Assembly: GCA_963540515.1 (NCBI GenBank)
Contig: CAUTNA010000001.1
Coordinates: 5,420 to 69,419 of the forward strand
Length of the DNA: 64,000 nt
DNA from: an uncultured Alphaproteobacteria bacterium
GTDB lineage: Bacteria > Pseudomonadota > Alphaproteobacteria > Rs-D84
Reading direction: 5' to 3'
In this document: positions 1 through 9,960 of the stretch, in pieces
How the letters are laid out: every line of letters starts with the position of its first letter
Position numbering within the stretch: the first letter of the stretch is position 1
Notes under the pieces: generated by a model
The model's input: only the letters and a program-made list of their open reading frames with translations
Database searches by the model: none
What the model was told of the DNA's origin: nothing
Program-made: the position numbers and the translations under genes

Positions 1-2
1 TA

Positions 3-173
3 GAAACACACGAATTAACATTAAACGATTTAGACAAAGCAGAAGATTTAAAAGAAATGGCGAAATTAGAATTTAAAAAATTAAATAAAAATTATTCAAT
101 AAATAATGATTTTGATATTTATAATGAATTGTCTGCTCTTAATCCTCAAAAATTAGATAAGGATTGTAAATAA
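3..173 (+). CDS. C-terminal fragment (56 aa) of a gene truncated by the window start; its stop overlaps the next start as TAATG
   Basis: Open frame from nt 3 to TAA at 171-173, with the final A shared with ATG 173-175. No recognisable motif in the fragment. Confidence 0.3.
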   Translation, partial: ETHELTLNDLDKAEDLKEMAKLEFKKLNKNYSINNDFDIYNELSALNPQKLDKDCK

Positions 174-2404
174 TGCAGTTAATTTCTTTACAAAAAGATA
201 CTGTTAATAGAATTTTGGATTTATATAATCCAGAGAATAAAATTGTTTGTGAATTTAAATCGCCAACAGGTAGTGGTAAAACTTTAATGGCTTCTTATTT
301 TATTTCAAAAATGATAGAAGAACACAATGAAGATAATTTTATATTTGTTATTGCAACACCTTCTTCTTCATCACTACCTTTATTTTTTGAACAAAAAATA
401 AATAAATACAAGGTTGATTTACCTTATTCAAAATTTGGAGTTGAATATATACAATCTCCCTCTTCTTCAAAAACAGATAAATCTGAAAGTATTGATAAAA
501 TTGTTCCACAAAAAAATAAAGTTTATATTTTTGGAAAATCATCTTTTGGTAAAGGTAGAATTTTAAGTGAATATAAAATTATAGATGATTTTGTATTATC
601 TGCAAAAGATAAAGGTTATAAATTAATTTATATACGAGATGAAGCACATATTGGTGGCGAAAAAGAAGATAAAGGACAAGAGGCAGTAAATTTTGAAAAT
701 CTAATGAATAGTAATGCATCTTTTGTATTAAAAATGACCGCAACACCTAATATGAAAGACCCAAATATAAAGAAGATTTTTTTAAAAGAAAGTGATTTAA
801 ATGATGAAAGTTTAAATGAAGGTAAATATTTACTTAAAACAAATCTTGTTTCTTTACTTGATAAAGATATAGAAGATACAGAAATTTTAAGTGATGCAAT
901 CTTAAAATTTAAAGACATAAAAAAAGAATACGAAGAATTAAATATTGGAATTCATCCAGCAATGTTAATTCAAGTTGATAACAATTCATCAAATAAAGAA
1001 AAAGCAAAAATTTTTGAAGATAATTTATCTTTTATAAAACAACAACTTCAAAATGCTGGATTAAAATGGGTTCAATATTTTGGAAATAACGATAAAGATT
1101 CAAATCGTGTTTATAAAGATAATTTTACATTAGATGATATAACAAAAAATAATAATGAAATAGATGTTGTTATTTTTAAAATTGGTCCCGCAACTGGTTG
1201 GGATATTCCACGTGCTTGTATGCTTTTACAATTAAGAAATATATCTTCTGTAAGTTTAAATATACAAACCATAGGAAGAATAAAAAGAAATCCTTATCCT
1301 AATTTAGAAAAGAATCCTATTACTGATAAATATTATATTTATTCAAATGCAAAAGATTGCGATCTAGATCTAAAACCATATAATTATCAAGTGCAAGAAA
1401 AATATCAAAATGAACATTTTTTATCTATACATATTTTAAATAGAAAAGAATTAATAAATCAAAAACCTCAATCTGAATTTATAAAAAAATTAGATATATA
1501 TTTAAAAGAAAATGAAAATTTTATTATACAAGAATTTAAAGAATTTTTTATAGAAGAAGGACAAAAATATAAAAAAGTAATCAATAAAGTTGGGATAAAA
1601 GAAATATATACAACTATATCAAATCCTTTTATATTTTTACGAGATTATAAAAGAAAAGTTATTACAAATAAATCTATTTACTACAAAATTAAAGAAACTG
1701 TTGAAATTTTTGCAAAAAAGATAAAAGTTCAAAAGGAATTTATATTTACAATACTTTTTGAAAATAAAAGAAAAAACGAAATTTTAGATTTAATTAATCA
1801 AACAATAGAATTTAGACCTATATATAAGATAAATGAAGAATTTTATGATCCAAAATCTTATATAGAAATTTATAGTCCTGAAAAAGAAGATGAAAAAATA
1901 TCTTCTAAAAAAGAATATCTTTTTAAAATAAATGAAGATACAGAAACACCAAATAGACAACCTTTAGATTCAAAAGGACCAGAACATTTTGTTTTTGAAA
2001 AATTAGATGATTTTACAAGTAATTGTGAAAATGTAAAAATATGGGCAAAAAATTTAACAAGTTCTAATATTTTTGGAGAGTATTTAGATGATTTTAATAA
2101 TATTAGAAAAAGTTATTTTGATTTTGTTTTAAAATTTGCAAATGGATTTTATTTATACATAGAAGTAAAAGGAATTCCAGATATTAATGAAAATAAAACT
2201 AAATATTTAGAAAAATCTTATATTGATTATTTTAAAACAAAAAACGAATTATTTTCTCATAAATTAGCAATTTGTGTATGGAGAGTAGATAATAAAAAAC
2301 AAATTAAATCATCTGTGTATTACGATAAAAATACTATTAAAGAAGATTTAAATTTATTAACTGCAGAAGAATTACTTAAAAAAATATCAAACTTAAAGAA
2401 TTAA
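173..2404 (+). CDS. SF2 helicase fused to a PD-(D/E)xK-like nuclease tail; type III restriction Res-subunit-like protein
   Basis: Walker A 'SPTGSGKT' (motif I). 'IRDEAHIGG' DEAH box (motif II). 'QTIGRIKR' motif VI. C-terminal 'FDFVLKF...LYIEVKG' D...E-x-K signature. Translationally coupled to the upstream ORF. Confidence 0.5.
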   Translation: MQLISLQKDTVNRILDLYNPENKIVCEFKSPTGSGKTLMASYFISKMIEEHNEDNFIFVIATPSSSSLPLFFEQKINKYKVDLPYSKFGVEYIQSPSSSKTDKSESIDKIVPQKNKVYIFGKSSFGKGRILSEYKIIDDFVLSAKDKGYKLIYIRDEAHIGGEKEDKGQEAVNFENLMNSNASFVLKMTATPNMKDPNIKKIFLKESDLNDESLNEGKYLLKTNLVSLLDKDIEDTEILSDAILKFKDIKKEYEELNIGIHPAMLIQVDNNSSNKEKAKIFEDNLSFIKQQLQNAGLKWVQYFGNNDKDSNRVYKDNFTLDDITKNNNEIDVVIFKIGPATGWDIPRACMLLQLRNISSVSLNIQTIGRIKRNPYPNLEKNPITDKYYIYSNAKDCDLDLKPYNYQVQEKYQNEHFLSIHILNRKELINQKPQSEFIKKLDIYLKENENFIIQEFKEFFIEEGQKYKKVINKVGIKEIYTTISNPFIFLRDYKRKVITNKSIYYKIKETVEIFAKKIKVQKEFIFTILFENKRKNEILDLINQTIEFRPIYKINEEFYDPKSYIEIYSPEKEDEKISSKKEYLFKINEDTETPNRQPLDSKGPEHFVFEKLDDFTSNCENVKIWAKNLTSSNIFGEYLDDFNNIRKSYFDFVLKFANGFYLYIEVKGIPDINENKTKYLEKSYIDYFKTKNELFSHKLAICVWRVDNKKQIKSSVYYDKNTIKEDLNLLTAEELLKKISNLKN

Positions 2405-2450
2405 TTATTTAGAAATCTTCTATTAACTAAAAATTTTATCATAAAAACAC

Positions 2451-2526
2451 TGGTGGACGCGTGGGGATTCGAACCCCAGACCCACTGATTAAGAGTCAGT
2501 TGCTCTACCAACTGAGCTACGCATCC
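2451..2526 (-). tRNA. tRNA-Lys (anticodon CUU)
   Basis: Reverse complement folds as a cloverleaf: acceptor GGATGCG/CGCGTCC with one G-U pair. D-arm AGCTCAGTTGGTAGAGC. Anticodon stem ACTGA/TCAGT with loop CTCTTAA. T-arm GGTTCGAATCC. 3-prime CCA encoded. Confidence 0.85.
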
Positions 2527-2613
2527 AGTAAGATGAATTATACACTTCAACCGTATATTTTCAATTACTATTTATATAAACTTCGTACTTTACAATATCT
2601 GTTTTAAATAAAA

Positions 2614-3948
2614 TTATCTTTTTAAATATTTATAAGGGTCATAAGCTTTACTTCCCTTTCTGATCTCAAAATGTAATTGAGGAGATGATACCTTACCTGT
2701 TTTTCCAACTGTCCCTATTTTATCCCCTACTTTAACTTTTACACCTCGTCTAACTTCCATAGTTTCTAAATGAGCATATACAGTCATCCACCCCCCAGAA
2801 TGTTGAATTATTATCAAATTACCCATACCTTTTAATTCATTTCCTGCATAAGCAATAACACCATTTTCAGATGAAGATACTTTTGTACCAATATTTCCAG
2901 ATATATTTATACCATCATTAAATAATCCATTTGATTTAATTCCATAAGTAGATAATATCTTTCCACGCAATGGCCAAGAAAATAAATTAGATGATCTGTT
3001 TGCAATTATTGGTAATTTTTGTTTCGGATCTGATGATATTTTTTTTACTTCTTTTTTATGTTCTTTGTTATATTTATTTTCTTTATGTATGGCTTTTTTA
3101 TGTGCATAGACAAATTTTGACATTTTATTTTTATCTATAACTTTTATACTGTCAGTTTGCTTATCAACAGATGAAATCTTTGGAACTTTTAAAACTTGTC
3201 CTGGTATTAAAATAAAAGGTGGAGATAATTTATTAATAACAGCTAATTCATTAACAGGAATCGAATATTTACGAGAAAGAGAATATAAAGTTTCTTTGTT
3301 TTCTACTTTTATTTCAATTAACTGTTTTTTTGATACCAAAGCAGGTTTTATAATTTCTGGTTTAATTTGTTTAATCTCTTTTATATTTTCTATCTCATTT
3401 TTTTTAGTAAAATTTTTAATATCAACTAATTTAATTTTTTGACCAATAGATAATAAATATGGTGATTTCAAATTATTTATATTAATTAAGTCTTTAACAG
3501 ATTTTTTATGTTTTTTAGATAAAGAAAAAATAGTATCTCCTTTTTTTACAATTACAAAATCAACATCTTTTTTATAATCTGGAATTTTTAAAAAGTCTTT
3601 TGTATCTTCCTCATCATTTTCATTTATAACTAAACTTTGTTTTATTTCTTCTTTTTTCTTTTTTATTACTTCCGATCTATTTAAATTATAATCATTTATA
3701 CTTGAATATAAAATATAATCATCAATGTTTGATGAACCATACAAAGAATTATAATCTTCGTAAGTTTCATAATCTATAACAGCTGAATTATATATTTCAG
3801 GCTCTGTCTCTGGATCTGCCAGTAATGCTGGGTATCTATTAAAAATAAAATTACCTATTTCATCTGGTATAGAAACAACTTTTGGTTGAATATCTCCACA
3901 ACCAACAAGGGTTAACAAAAAAATACTAATAAAAAATTTTAATAACAC
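2614..3948 (-). CDS. LysM-domain M23 metallopeptidase lipoprotein (NlpD-like)
   Basis: Signal peptide with lipobox 'LVGC'. LysM-like 'VKKGDTIFSLSKKH' and 'ENKETLYSLSRKYSIPVNELAVINKL'. C-terminal M23 motifs 'HSGGWMTVYAHL' and 'QLHFEI'. Confidence 0.8.
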   Translation of the reverse strand: MLLKFFISIFLLTLVGCGDIQPKVVSIPDEIGNFIFNRYPALLADPETEPEIYNSAVIDYETYEDYNSLYGSSNIDDYILYSSINDYNLNRSEVIKKKKEEIKQSLVINENDEEDTKDFLKIPDYKKDVDFVIVKKGDTIFSLSKKHKKSVKDLININNLKSPYLLSIGQKIKLVDIKNFTKKNEIENIKEIKQIKPEIIKPALVSKKQLIEIKVENKETLYSLSRKYSIPVNELAVINKLSPPFILIPGQVLKVPKISSVDKQTDSIKVIDKNKMSKFVYAHKKAIHKENKYNKEHKKEVKKISSDPKQKLPIIANRSSNLFSWPLRGKILSTYGIKSNGLFNDGINISGNIGTKVSSSENGVIAYAGNELKGMGNLIIIQHSGGWMTVYAHLETMEVRRGVKVKVGDKIGTVGKTGKVSSPQLHFEIRKGSKAYDPYKYLKR

Positions 3949-3992
3949 GAATACATTATATCATAGAATTAGATTAACTCATATAAAGTATA

Positions 3993-4691
3993 TTACTTCA
4001 TAAATAAAATACTTATTTCAAATAATATTATCATAGGTATTGCAAGCATAAACTGAGAAATTATATCTGGAGGTGTAAGTAATGCAGCAACTATAAAAAC
4101 TATAACATAAGCATATCTTCTGAAAGAAACAATCGATAATTTTGATAAAATTCCAAGTCTATTTAATAAATATAAAATAAGAGGTATTTGAAATACAATA
4201 CCAAACACCTTTATCATACTAATAGAAAAGTCCAAATATTTATTTATATTTGGCAAAAATAAATTATTAGAATTATTTAAGCTTATAAAAAACTTAAAAA
4301 TTAATGGATATAAAAAATAAAAAGCAAATATAGAACCTATTAAAAATAAAATCGGAGATAATATTATAACAGGTAATATAAATTTTCTCTCATTTACATA
4401 TAAACCTGGAGAAATATATCTCCACAAATGCCACAAAAAAAATGGAATTGTAGATAAAATAGAAATAAAACCAGATATTGAAAACTTAATAAAAAAACTA
4501 TCAGTTATATTATTATACACAAGTGGTGTATTTGGCATTATTTTTATAAACGGAACTGTAAAAAATTGAATAAAATAATCACTAAAAATCCAAGAAATAA
4601 AAAAACTTATTATATAAAACATAAATATATAAATAATACGTTTTCTTAACTCTGAAAAATGTTGCAAAAGTGTCATTTGTTTTTTTTGCAT
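3993..4691 (-). CDS. tatC: Twin-arginine translocase subunit TatC
   Basis: N-terminus 'MTLLQHFSELRKR' is typical TatC. Six predicted TM segments over 232 aa. Confidence 0.9.
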   Translation of the reverse strand: MQKKQMTLLQHFSELRKRIIYIFMFYIISFFISWIFSDYFIQFFTVPFIKIMPNTPLVYNNITDSFFIKFSISGFISILSTIPFFLWHLWRYISPGLYVNERKFILPVIILSPILFLIGSIFAFYFLYPLIFKFFISLNNSNNLFLPNINKYLDFSISMIKVFGIVFQIPLILYLLNRLGILSKLSIVSFRRYAYVIVFIVAALLTPPDIISQFMLAIPMIILFEISILFMK

Positions 4692-4948
4692 TTCTTTTTT
4701 ATCGGTATTTTCTCTATATTTTTATAAATTTCTTCTTTAGTATTTTGTAATAAATCATCTATAGGCTTTTCTATATCAATTCTCTCTTTTAAAGAATCTG
4801 TTGCTTGTATTAAATTATTAAATAAATCTTTTATAAATATTATAATTTTTGCAAAAAACCTTATTACATCTGACCAATTTTTTACAGGAACAAAAATAAT
4901 AAAAATAAAAAATATTACAAATAATTCATATAAACTAATCCCAAACAT
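4673..4948 (-). CDS. tatB: Twin-arginine translocase subunit TatB (TatA/B family)
   Basis: N-terminal 'MFGISLYELFVIFFIFIIFVP' TM helix followed by an amphipathic region. Immediately upstream of tatC and overlapping it. Confidence 0.6.
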   Translation of the reverse strand: MFGISLYELFVIFFIFIIFVPVKNWSDVIRFFAKIIIFIKDLFNNLIQATDSLKERIDIEKPIDDLLQNTKEEIYKNIEKIPIKKKCKKNK

Positions 4949-4958
4949 AAACTACTCA

Positions 4959-5573
4959 TTAATCGTAAAAAGAATCTCCAGAGTTATTTGTGCTTTTAAT
5001 CTTTTGCAAGTTAAAATAATTTTTTTCAAAATCAGTTTTTGTTTTTGTATTAACGAAATCCACATTTGTAATACTACCTGTTGCATCAGTTATGGTCCAT
5101 CCTTTAAACACAACTGGAGAGTAAAAAAATACTAATTTTATTTTTCCAAGTCCTTCATTATTTTTCATATATAATAAAAGCGAAAAATCATTATTTGATT
5201 TTTCTGTCTTGGATACAACAATATCCGATCCTGTAAGCTTAATATTTTTCCTAAGCAATATTCCAGCAGGAGTACTTGAAAGTGGTACAGTTGTAATTTG
5301 ATCTAAAGACTTATCAACAAAGTATAAATCTTTTCCATCTGATATTAATTGAATAGGATTTTTTTTATAATCTAATCTTATCTTTCCAGGTCTTAAAATT
5401 GCAAAAGTTCCACTGTCTTTACCCTTTGAAGATGATTGATTAAAATCTCCTGTTATACCAGTAATAGAATTTAAATATTTCTCTGCTTTATCAATTAATT
5501 TTTTATCAACAGAGGCATATAAATTGAAACTAATAAAAAAACAGAATACAAAAATAAAATTTCTTAAAAACAT
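4959..5573 (-). CDS. LolA-like periplasmic lipoprotein carrier (signal peptide, about 200 aa)
   Basis: N-terminal signal peptide, size and beta-rich composition fit the LolA/LolB fold. No diagnostic motif confirmed. Confidence 0.4.
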   Translation of the reverse strand: MFLRNFIFVFCFFISFNLYASVDKKLIDKAEKYLNSITGITGDFNQSSSKGKDSGTFAILRPGKIRLDYKKNPIQLISDGKDLYFVDKSLDQITTVPLSSTPAGILLRKNIKLTGSDIVVSKTEKSNNDFSLLLYMKNNEGLGKIKLVFFYSPVVFKGWTITDATGSITNVDFVNTKTKTDFEKNYFNLQKIKSTNNSGDSFYD

Positions 5574-5577
5574 ACCA

Positions 5578-7320
5578 TTATCCTAAAACTAAATCTTCTA
5601 AAACAAACTGAACTGTATTGTTTAAATTATTCTCTTTTATTTTACCAAGTGCTTTGATTTTAGTGTTTCTGTTAATAGAATCCAATAAAAATTTTCCTAA
5701 ATTTGTATCAGCTAGATTAAAACTAACAAAATTTAAATTACCTTTATCAGTATTAAAATATCCTTTTAGGTGCTTTCCATCGCCTATTCTATAAACAGAA
5801 CCAACAGATAATCCTGATAATACAAATATAGGTTCATTATTTGCTGATCCAAAAGGTTCTAAATTGGACAGACTTTCCAATAAATTTGAATTTACAGCAC
5901 AAGCATTAATCTGTCCATCAACAAAAATTTCATTACTTGGGACTTTACCACATAATTGTTCTTTTACAGAAGTTTCTAAAAATTCTTGAAATCTATCTTT
6001 ATCAGATTCATTTAAACTAAAACCTGCTGCCATAGAATGCCCACCACCATCAATAAGTATTCCCAAAGATAAAGCATCATGAATTATTTTGCCTAAATCT
6101 ACCCCACAAACAGAACGTCCAGAACCATTTATTATTCCATCTTTACATGTTCCAACACAAACAGGTAAAGAATATTTATCTTTAAGTCTTCCTGCAATTA
6201 TTCCCATTACTCCACCATGCCAATTATCACCACTTATAAATATGCTGTATTTATAAGTGTCTTTAATAGATTCCGCTTTTTCTTTAGCCTGCATTAAAAT
6301 ATTATTTTGAATATTAACTCTTTCTTGATTTAAATCATTCAACTTAAACGCAAGATTATTTGCAATTGTTTCGTTATCTGACAATAATAATTCTAATGCT
6401 GGAATTGCAGATTCTAATCTACCAGCTGCATTTAATCTAGGACCTATAGCAAAACCAAGCGAATAAGAATTTGGAGTTTTTATTGAAATTAAATCCATCA
6501 AAATTGATAATCCTAAATTTTGTCGTAAATTTATTACTTTTAATCCGGTTGAAACAAAAGCTCTATTCAATTTAATAAGGGGCATCGTATCACATACAGT
6601 TCCAAGTGCTACTAAATCCAGATAATTCATTAAATTAATATTCTTTATTTTTTCAGAAAACTCAGGAAAATTATCTCTCAAATATCGATTAAGAGCTGTT
6701 AAAGTTAAAAAAGCAACACCAACACCAGCTAGGTAATCTAAACCAGAATTATCATCAATCCTTTTGGGATTTACTATGGCATCAGCATTTGGAATAGAAT
6801 AATCAGGATTATGATGATCTGTTATAACAATATCTAGTCCAATACTTTTTCCATACTCAACTTCATCTATACCAGTAACACCACAATCAACTGTAATTAA
6901 TAAATTAACATTTTTATCAGCTAATTCTTTCATTGCAGAAATATTTAATCCATATCCATCATTTTCTCTTTCTGGAATATACCAGATAACATCTGCACCT
7001 ATAGATATTAAATATTTTACAAAAATAGCAGTTGATGTAATACCATCTACATCATAATCACCGTAAATACAGATCTTTTTATTTTTTAATATTGCATCAG
7101 CTATGACTTTTACAGCTTTATCCATATCTTTTAAAATAAGGGGATCTGGCATATATTTTCTTATAGAAGGATTTAAAAAATCTTCACACTCTTTTTCTTC
7201 AATTCCTCTATTTTTTAAAATATTTTTTATTAAATCTTTTTCATCTATGTTTAATAAATTATAATCATCACCAGCTATCCATGAATTACCAAGGATAGAT
7301 TTTTCCATTATTATCTTCAC
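5578..7320 (-). CDS. recJ: Single-stranded-DNA-specific exonuclease RecJ
   Basis: DHH motifs 'YGDYDVDGITSTA' and 'ITDHH'. DHHA1-like 'GGGHSMAAG'. 580 aa. Confidence 0.9.
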   Translation of the reverse strand: MKIIMEKSILGNSWIAGDDYNLLNIDEKDLIKNILKNRGIEEKECEDFLNPSIRKYMPDPLILKDMDKAVKVIADAILKNKKICIYGDYDVDGITSTAIFVKYLISIGADVIWYIPERENDGYGLNISAMKELADKNVNLLITVDCGVTGIDEVEYGKSIGLDIVITDHHNPDYSIPNADAIVNPKRIDDNSGLDYLAGVGVAFLTLTALNRYLRDNFPEFSEKIKNINLMNYLDLVALGTVCDTMPLIKLNRAFVSTGLKVINLRQNLGLSILMDLISIKTPNSYSLGFAIGPRLNAAGRLESAIPALELLLSDNETIANNLAFKLNDLNQERVNIQNNILMQAKEKAESIKDTYKYSIFISGDNWHGGVMGIIAGRLKDKYSLPVCVGTCKDGIINGSGRSVCGVDLGKIIHDALSLGILIDGGGHSMAAGFSLNESDKDRFQEFLETSVKEQLCGKVPSNEIFVDGQINACAVNSNLLESLSNLEPFGSANNEPIFVLSGLSVGSVYRIGDGKHLKGYFNTDKGNLNFVSFNLADTNLGKFLLDSINRNTKIKALGKIKENNLNNTVQFVLEDLVLG

Positions 7321-7355
7321 TAATTTAACTCTTTTTATGAAAATTATATCAAAGC

Positions 7356-8981
7356 TTAATTAAATAGCAATGGTATGATTTCGTTTATTATACCACCGGC
7401 TGTTGGTACTGCATTCCAAGCAGCTGTTCTTAAACCAAATGTTTCAGGAATTCCTTTTGGTTCATCTAAAATAACCATTATGGTATATTGTGGTGTATCT
7501 ATAGGAAAAGCCCCAATAAATACATTTAAATTTTTATTTTTATCTATTTTGCCATTTACTCTTTTCTCTGCTGTTCCAGTCTTACCACCTATACTTATAC
7601 CATTTACTCTAACTTGTTTTGCTGTTGTTTTTTCTGTTATTTGAAACATTATATCTCTTATACGACTTGATATATCAGGCGATACAATTCTTTTTCCAGT
7701 ATCTATTTTTCCAATTCCTCTTTTTTTTATAGTAGGATAAATATATATACCATTACTTATAACAGAATTAATTCCCAAAAAAGCGTGTATAGGTGTTATC
7801 GCAATACCATGTCCAAAAGAAATAGTTCCTTTTTCCACTGGTCCCCATTTTATTGGCATTAAAGTTTTTTCTGTTTTTCCAAAATCTAAATCAAGTTGTT
7901 TATCAAAATGAATTTTTTTAAAAAATTCTTCCTGTGCATTTTTAGGTAATTCTTGAGCAATTTGAGCACTACCTGCATTACAAGAATATAACATGATCTC
8001 AGATACAGATAAATTTGGTCTTGGAGGTTTAAAACTTGCTACATCAGAAAATGTAGCTATCACATTACCAGAAACACTTTTTAATTTAAAAGGCTCTGCT
8101 ATATAAAACTCATGGTTTATATTATTCTCAAAAGCAAGGGCTGTATTAAAAATTTTAAATATAGAACCCATTTCAAAAACACTTCTAAGTGGTGTAAATA
8201 TACGGTTTTTAACAGGATCTATATTTCTATTATTAGGATCAAAATCAGGAAGAGATAGAATTGAAATAATTTCTCCCGTTTTTGAGTTCATAAGAATACC
8301 AGTTGCTCCAATTGCATTATATTTTTCTAATGCAAGAGAAAGCCACCTATAGAAAATTCCTTGAATTCTTGAATCTAATGATAATTTTAAAGGATCTTTA
8401 TTTTCAAATAAATATTTATCATATATTTTTTCTATACCCTCTAAACCTTTCATACTTCCATTTTCTACAAACCCTATAATATGAGAAAAACTTCTTCCTT
8501 TTGGATAAATTCTTTTAGGAAAACTTTCGATATTTAATCCATCAATTTTTTCTTTTAAAATATTTTGTAATTCTTCTTCCTTAACTTTATCTTTTAAAAC
8601 AATATATTTTTTAGAAGAATTTATAAACTTTAATACATCAGAAACATTATATTTTTCTGGATAAATTTTATGTATAAAATTAGCAACTTTATTTTTATCT
8701 TTTACAAGTCTTGGACGTAAAACTATATTTCCAGATGTTATTGTCTTTGCAAGAATTTCACCATTTCTATCAACTATATCAGCACGTGTAATATTTGAAA
8801 TAACATTACCTTGTTTTATATTTTTTTTACTAATTCCCTGAATAGATATTTGTAAAGTCCTTATAAAAAAAATAATGAAGAAAAATACAAATATTATATA
8901 TATAAATTTTAATTTTTTATATTCCTCACTCTTTTTATAAGAACTTTTTATACCAAAAATATCTTTTCCAACTTCAAACAT
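7356..8981 (-). CDS. ftsI: Peptidoglycan D,D-transpeptidase (PBP3/FtsI class)
   Basis: N-terminal TM anchor. Transpeptidase motifs 'GSIFKIF' (SxxK), 'YSCN' (SxN) and 'GKTGTAEK' (KTG). Confidence 0.85.
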   Translation of the reverse strand: MFEVGKDIFGIKSSYKKSEEYKKLKFIYIIFVFFFIIFFIRTLQISIQGISKKNIKQGNVISNITRADIVDRNGEILAKTITSGNIVLRPRLVKDKNKVANFIHKIYPEKYNVSDVLKFINSSKKYIVLKDKVKEEELQNILKEKIDGLNIESFPKRIYPKGRSFSHIIGFVENGSMKGLEGIEKIYDKYLFENKDPLKLSLDSRIQGIFYRWLSLALEKYNAIGATGILMNSKTGEIISILSLPDFDPNNRNIDPVKNRIFTPLRSVFEMGSIFKIFNTALAFENNINHEFYIAEPFKLKSVSGNVIATFSDVASFKPPRPNLSVSEIMLYSCNAGSAQIAQELPKNAQEEFFKKIHFDKQLDLDFGKTEKTLMPIKWGPVEKGTISFGHGIAITPIHAFLGINSVISNGIYIYPTIKKRGIGKIDTGKRIVSPDISSRIRDIMFQITEKTTAKQVRVNGISIGGKTGTAEKRVNGKIDKNKNLNVFIGAFPIDTPQYTIMVILDEPKGIPETFGLRTAAWNAVPTAGGIINEIIPLLFN

Positions 8982-8983
8982 AA

Positions 8984-9265
8984 TTATTTATCTAAATCAC
9001 CGATATTTATTACTTTATCAAAGTTTAATCTTTCATAATTAAGATTTAATGATTTTACAATTATATGTAAATTATCATTACTAACAAATTGTGAAAATTT
9101 TGCTTGCTTTATTTCAGTAAGTCTATTTACTTCTTTCATTCTTTTATTTATTTTTTTTATTTTTCTATTTTGATCTCTATATAAAACTTGAAATAATATA
9201 GTTATAATTAACACAACTATAAATACAATCATTCCTACTTTAAATATTTTATCTGATTCATTCAT
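8984..9265 (-). CDS. Small bitopic membrane protein; FtsL-like by position upstream of ftsI
   Basis: 93 aa with a single TM 'VGMIVFIVVLIITILFQVL'. Only 2 bp from the ftsI start. Confidence 0.35.
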   Translation of the reverse strand: MNESDKIFKVGMIVFIVVLIITILFQVLYRDQNRKIKKINKRMKEVNRLTEIKQAKFSQFVSNDNLHIIVKSLNLNYERLNFDKVINIGDLDK

Positions 9266-9289
9266 CTAAAACTAACCTTTAAAATAATA

Positions 9290-9655
9290 TTATAAATTTT
9301 CTAAAAAACTTATTATAGAATTTATACCATTCACTCTTCCTATTCCAAATTCTAAATTTAATGATAAAAATTCATTTCTTAATATTTGTTTATATTTTTT
9401 ATTATCTTTATATTCTTCAATAATAGATAAAAGTATCACTAAAACACCAGCAATTAACTTAGAATCTGATTTTGCATAAATATTATTTTTATTTATACAT
9501 ATTCTTACATTAGATGAACATCCAGAAATATCATAGCAATTGATATCTGTATCTGGAATTTCTAAAGAATCTCCAAGCTCCATAACAAAATCTAATTTTT
9601 CAATTGGTGAATCTAAAAATTCCAAATTTTGTTTTATTTCATTATATTTCATCAA
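9290..9655 (-). CDS. sufE: Cysteine desulfuration protein SufE-like
   Basis: Conserved 'ISGCSSNV' active-cysteine region. 121 aa. Sits next to DUF59 and a class-V aminotransferase. Confidence 0.55.
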   Translation of the reverse strand: MMKYNEIKQNLEFLDSPIEKLDFVMELGDSLEIPDTDINCYDISGCSSNVRICINKNNIYAKSDSKLIAGVLVILLSIIEEYKDNKKYKQILRNEFLSLNLEFGIGRVNGINSIISFLENL

Positions 9656-9957
9656 AATCCTTGCTCCATTAAATCTAATTCTATTCTAGCACTTTCTGAC
9701 ATTTTTGAAATATCCCAAGGTGGATCCCAGACAAGTTCTATTATAACCTCTTCTTTTAAAGCTTCTTCACATTTAGTTTTTATTAAAACTAAAATTTCTT
9801 CCATCATAGGACAAGTTGGGCTTGTGAATGTAATTTTTATAGTAATTTGTTTATTTAAAAAAATACCATAGACAAGACCTAAATCCCATATATTAACCGG
9901 TATTTCTGGATCATAAATTGTTTTTAATACTTCTATTATCTTTTGTTTTTTATCCAT
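9652..9957 (-). CDS. DUF59/MIP18-family Fe-S cluster assembly protein (SufT-like)
   Basis: 'TSPTCPMME' motif typical of DUF59. 101 aa. Confidence 0.6.
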   Translation of the reverse strand: MDKKQKIIEVLKTIYDPEIPVNIWDLGLVYGIFLNKQITIKITFTSPTCPMMEEILVLIKTKCEEALKEEVIIELVWDPPWDISKMSESARIELDLMEQGF

Positions 9958-9960
9958 ATT

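Noticed and set aside
348-918. Minus-strand ORFs 348-542 and 628-918 inside the helicase gene
   Set aside because: Antisense to a long motif-bearing ORF, low-complexity F/K/L-rich translations typical of AT-rich antisense frames, and no RBS.
7375-7644. Plus-strand ORF antisense to ftsI
   Set aside because: Fully embedded in a well-supported coding region on the other strand. No motif.
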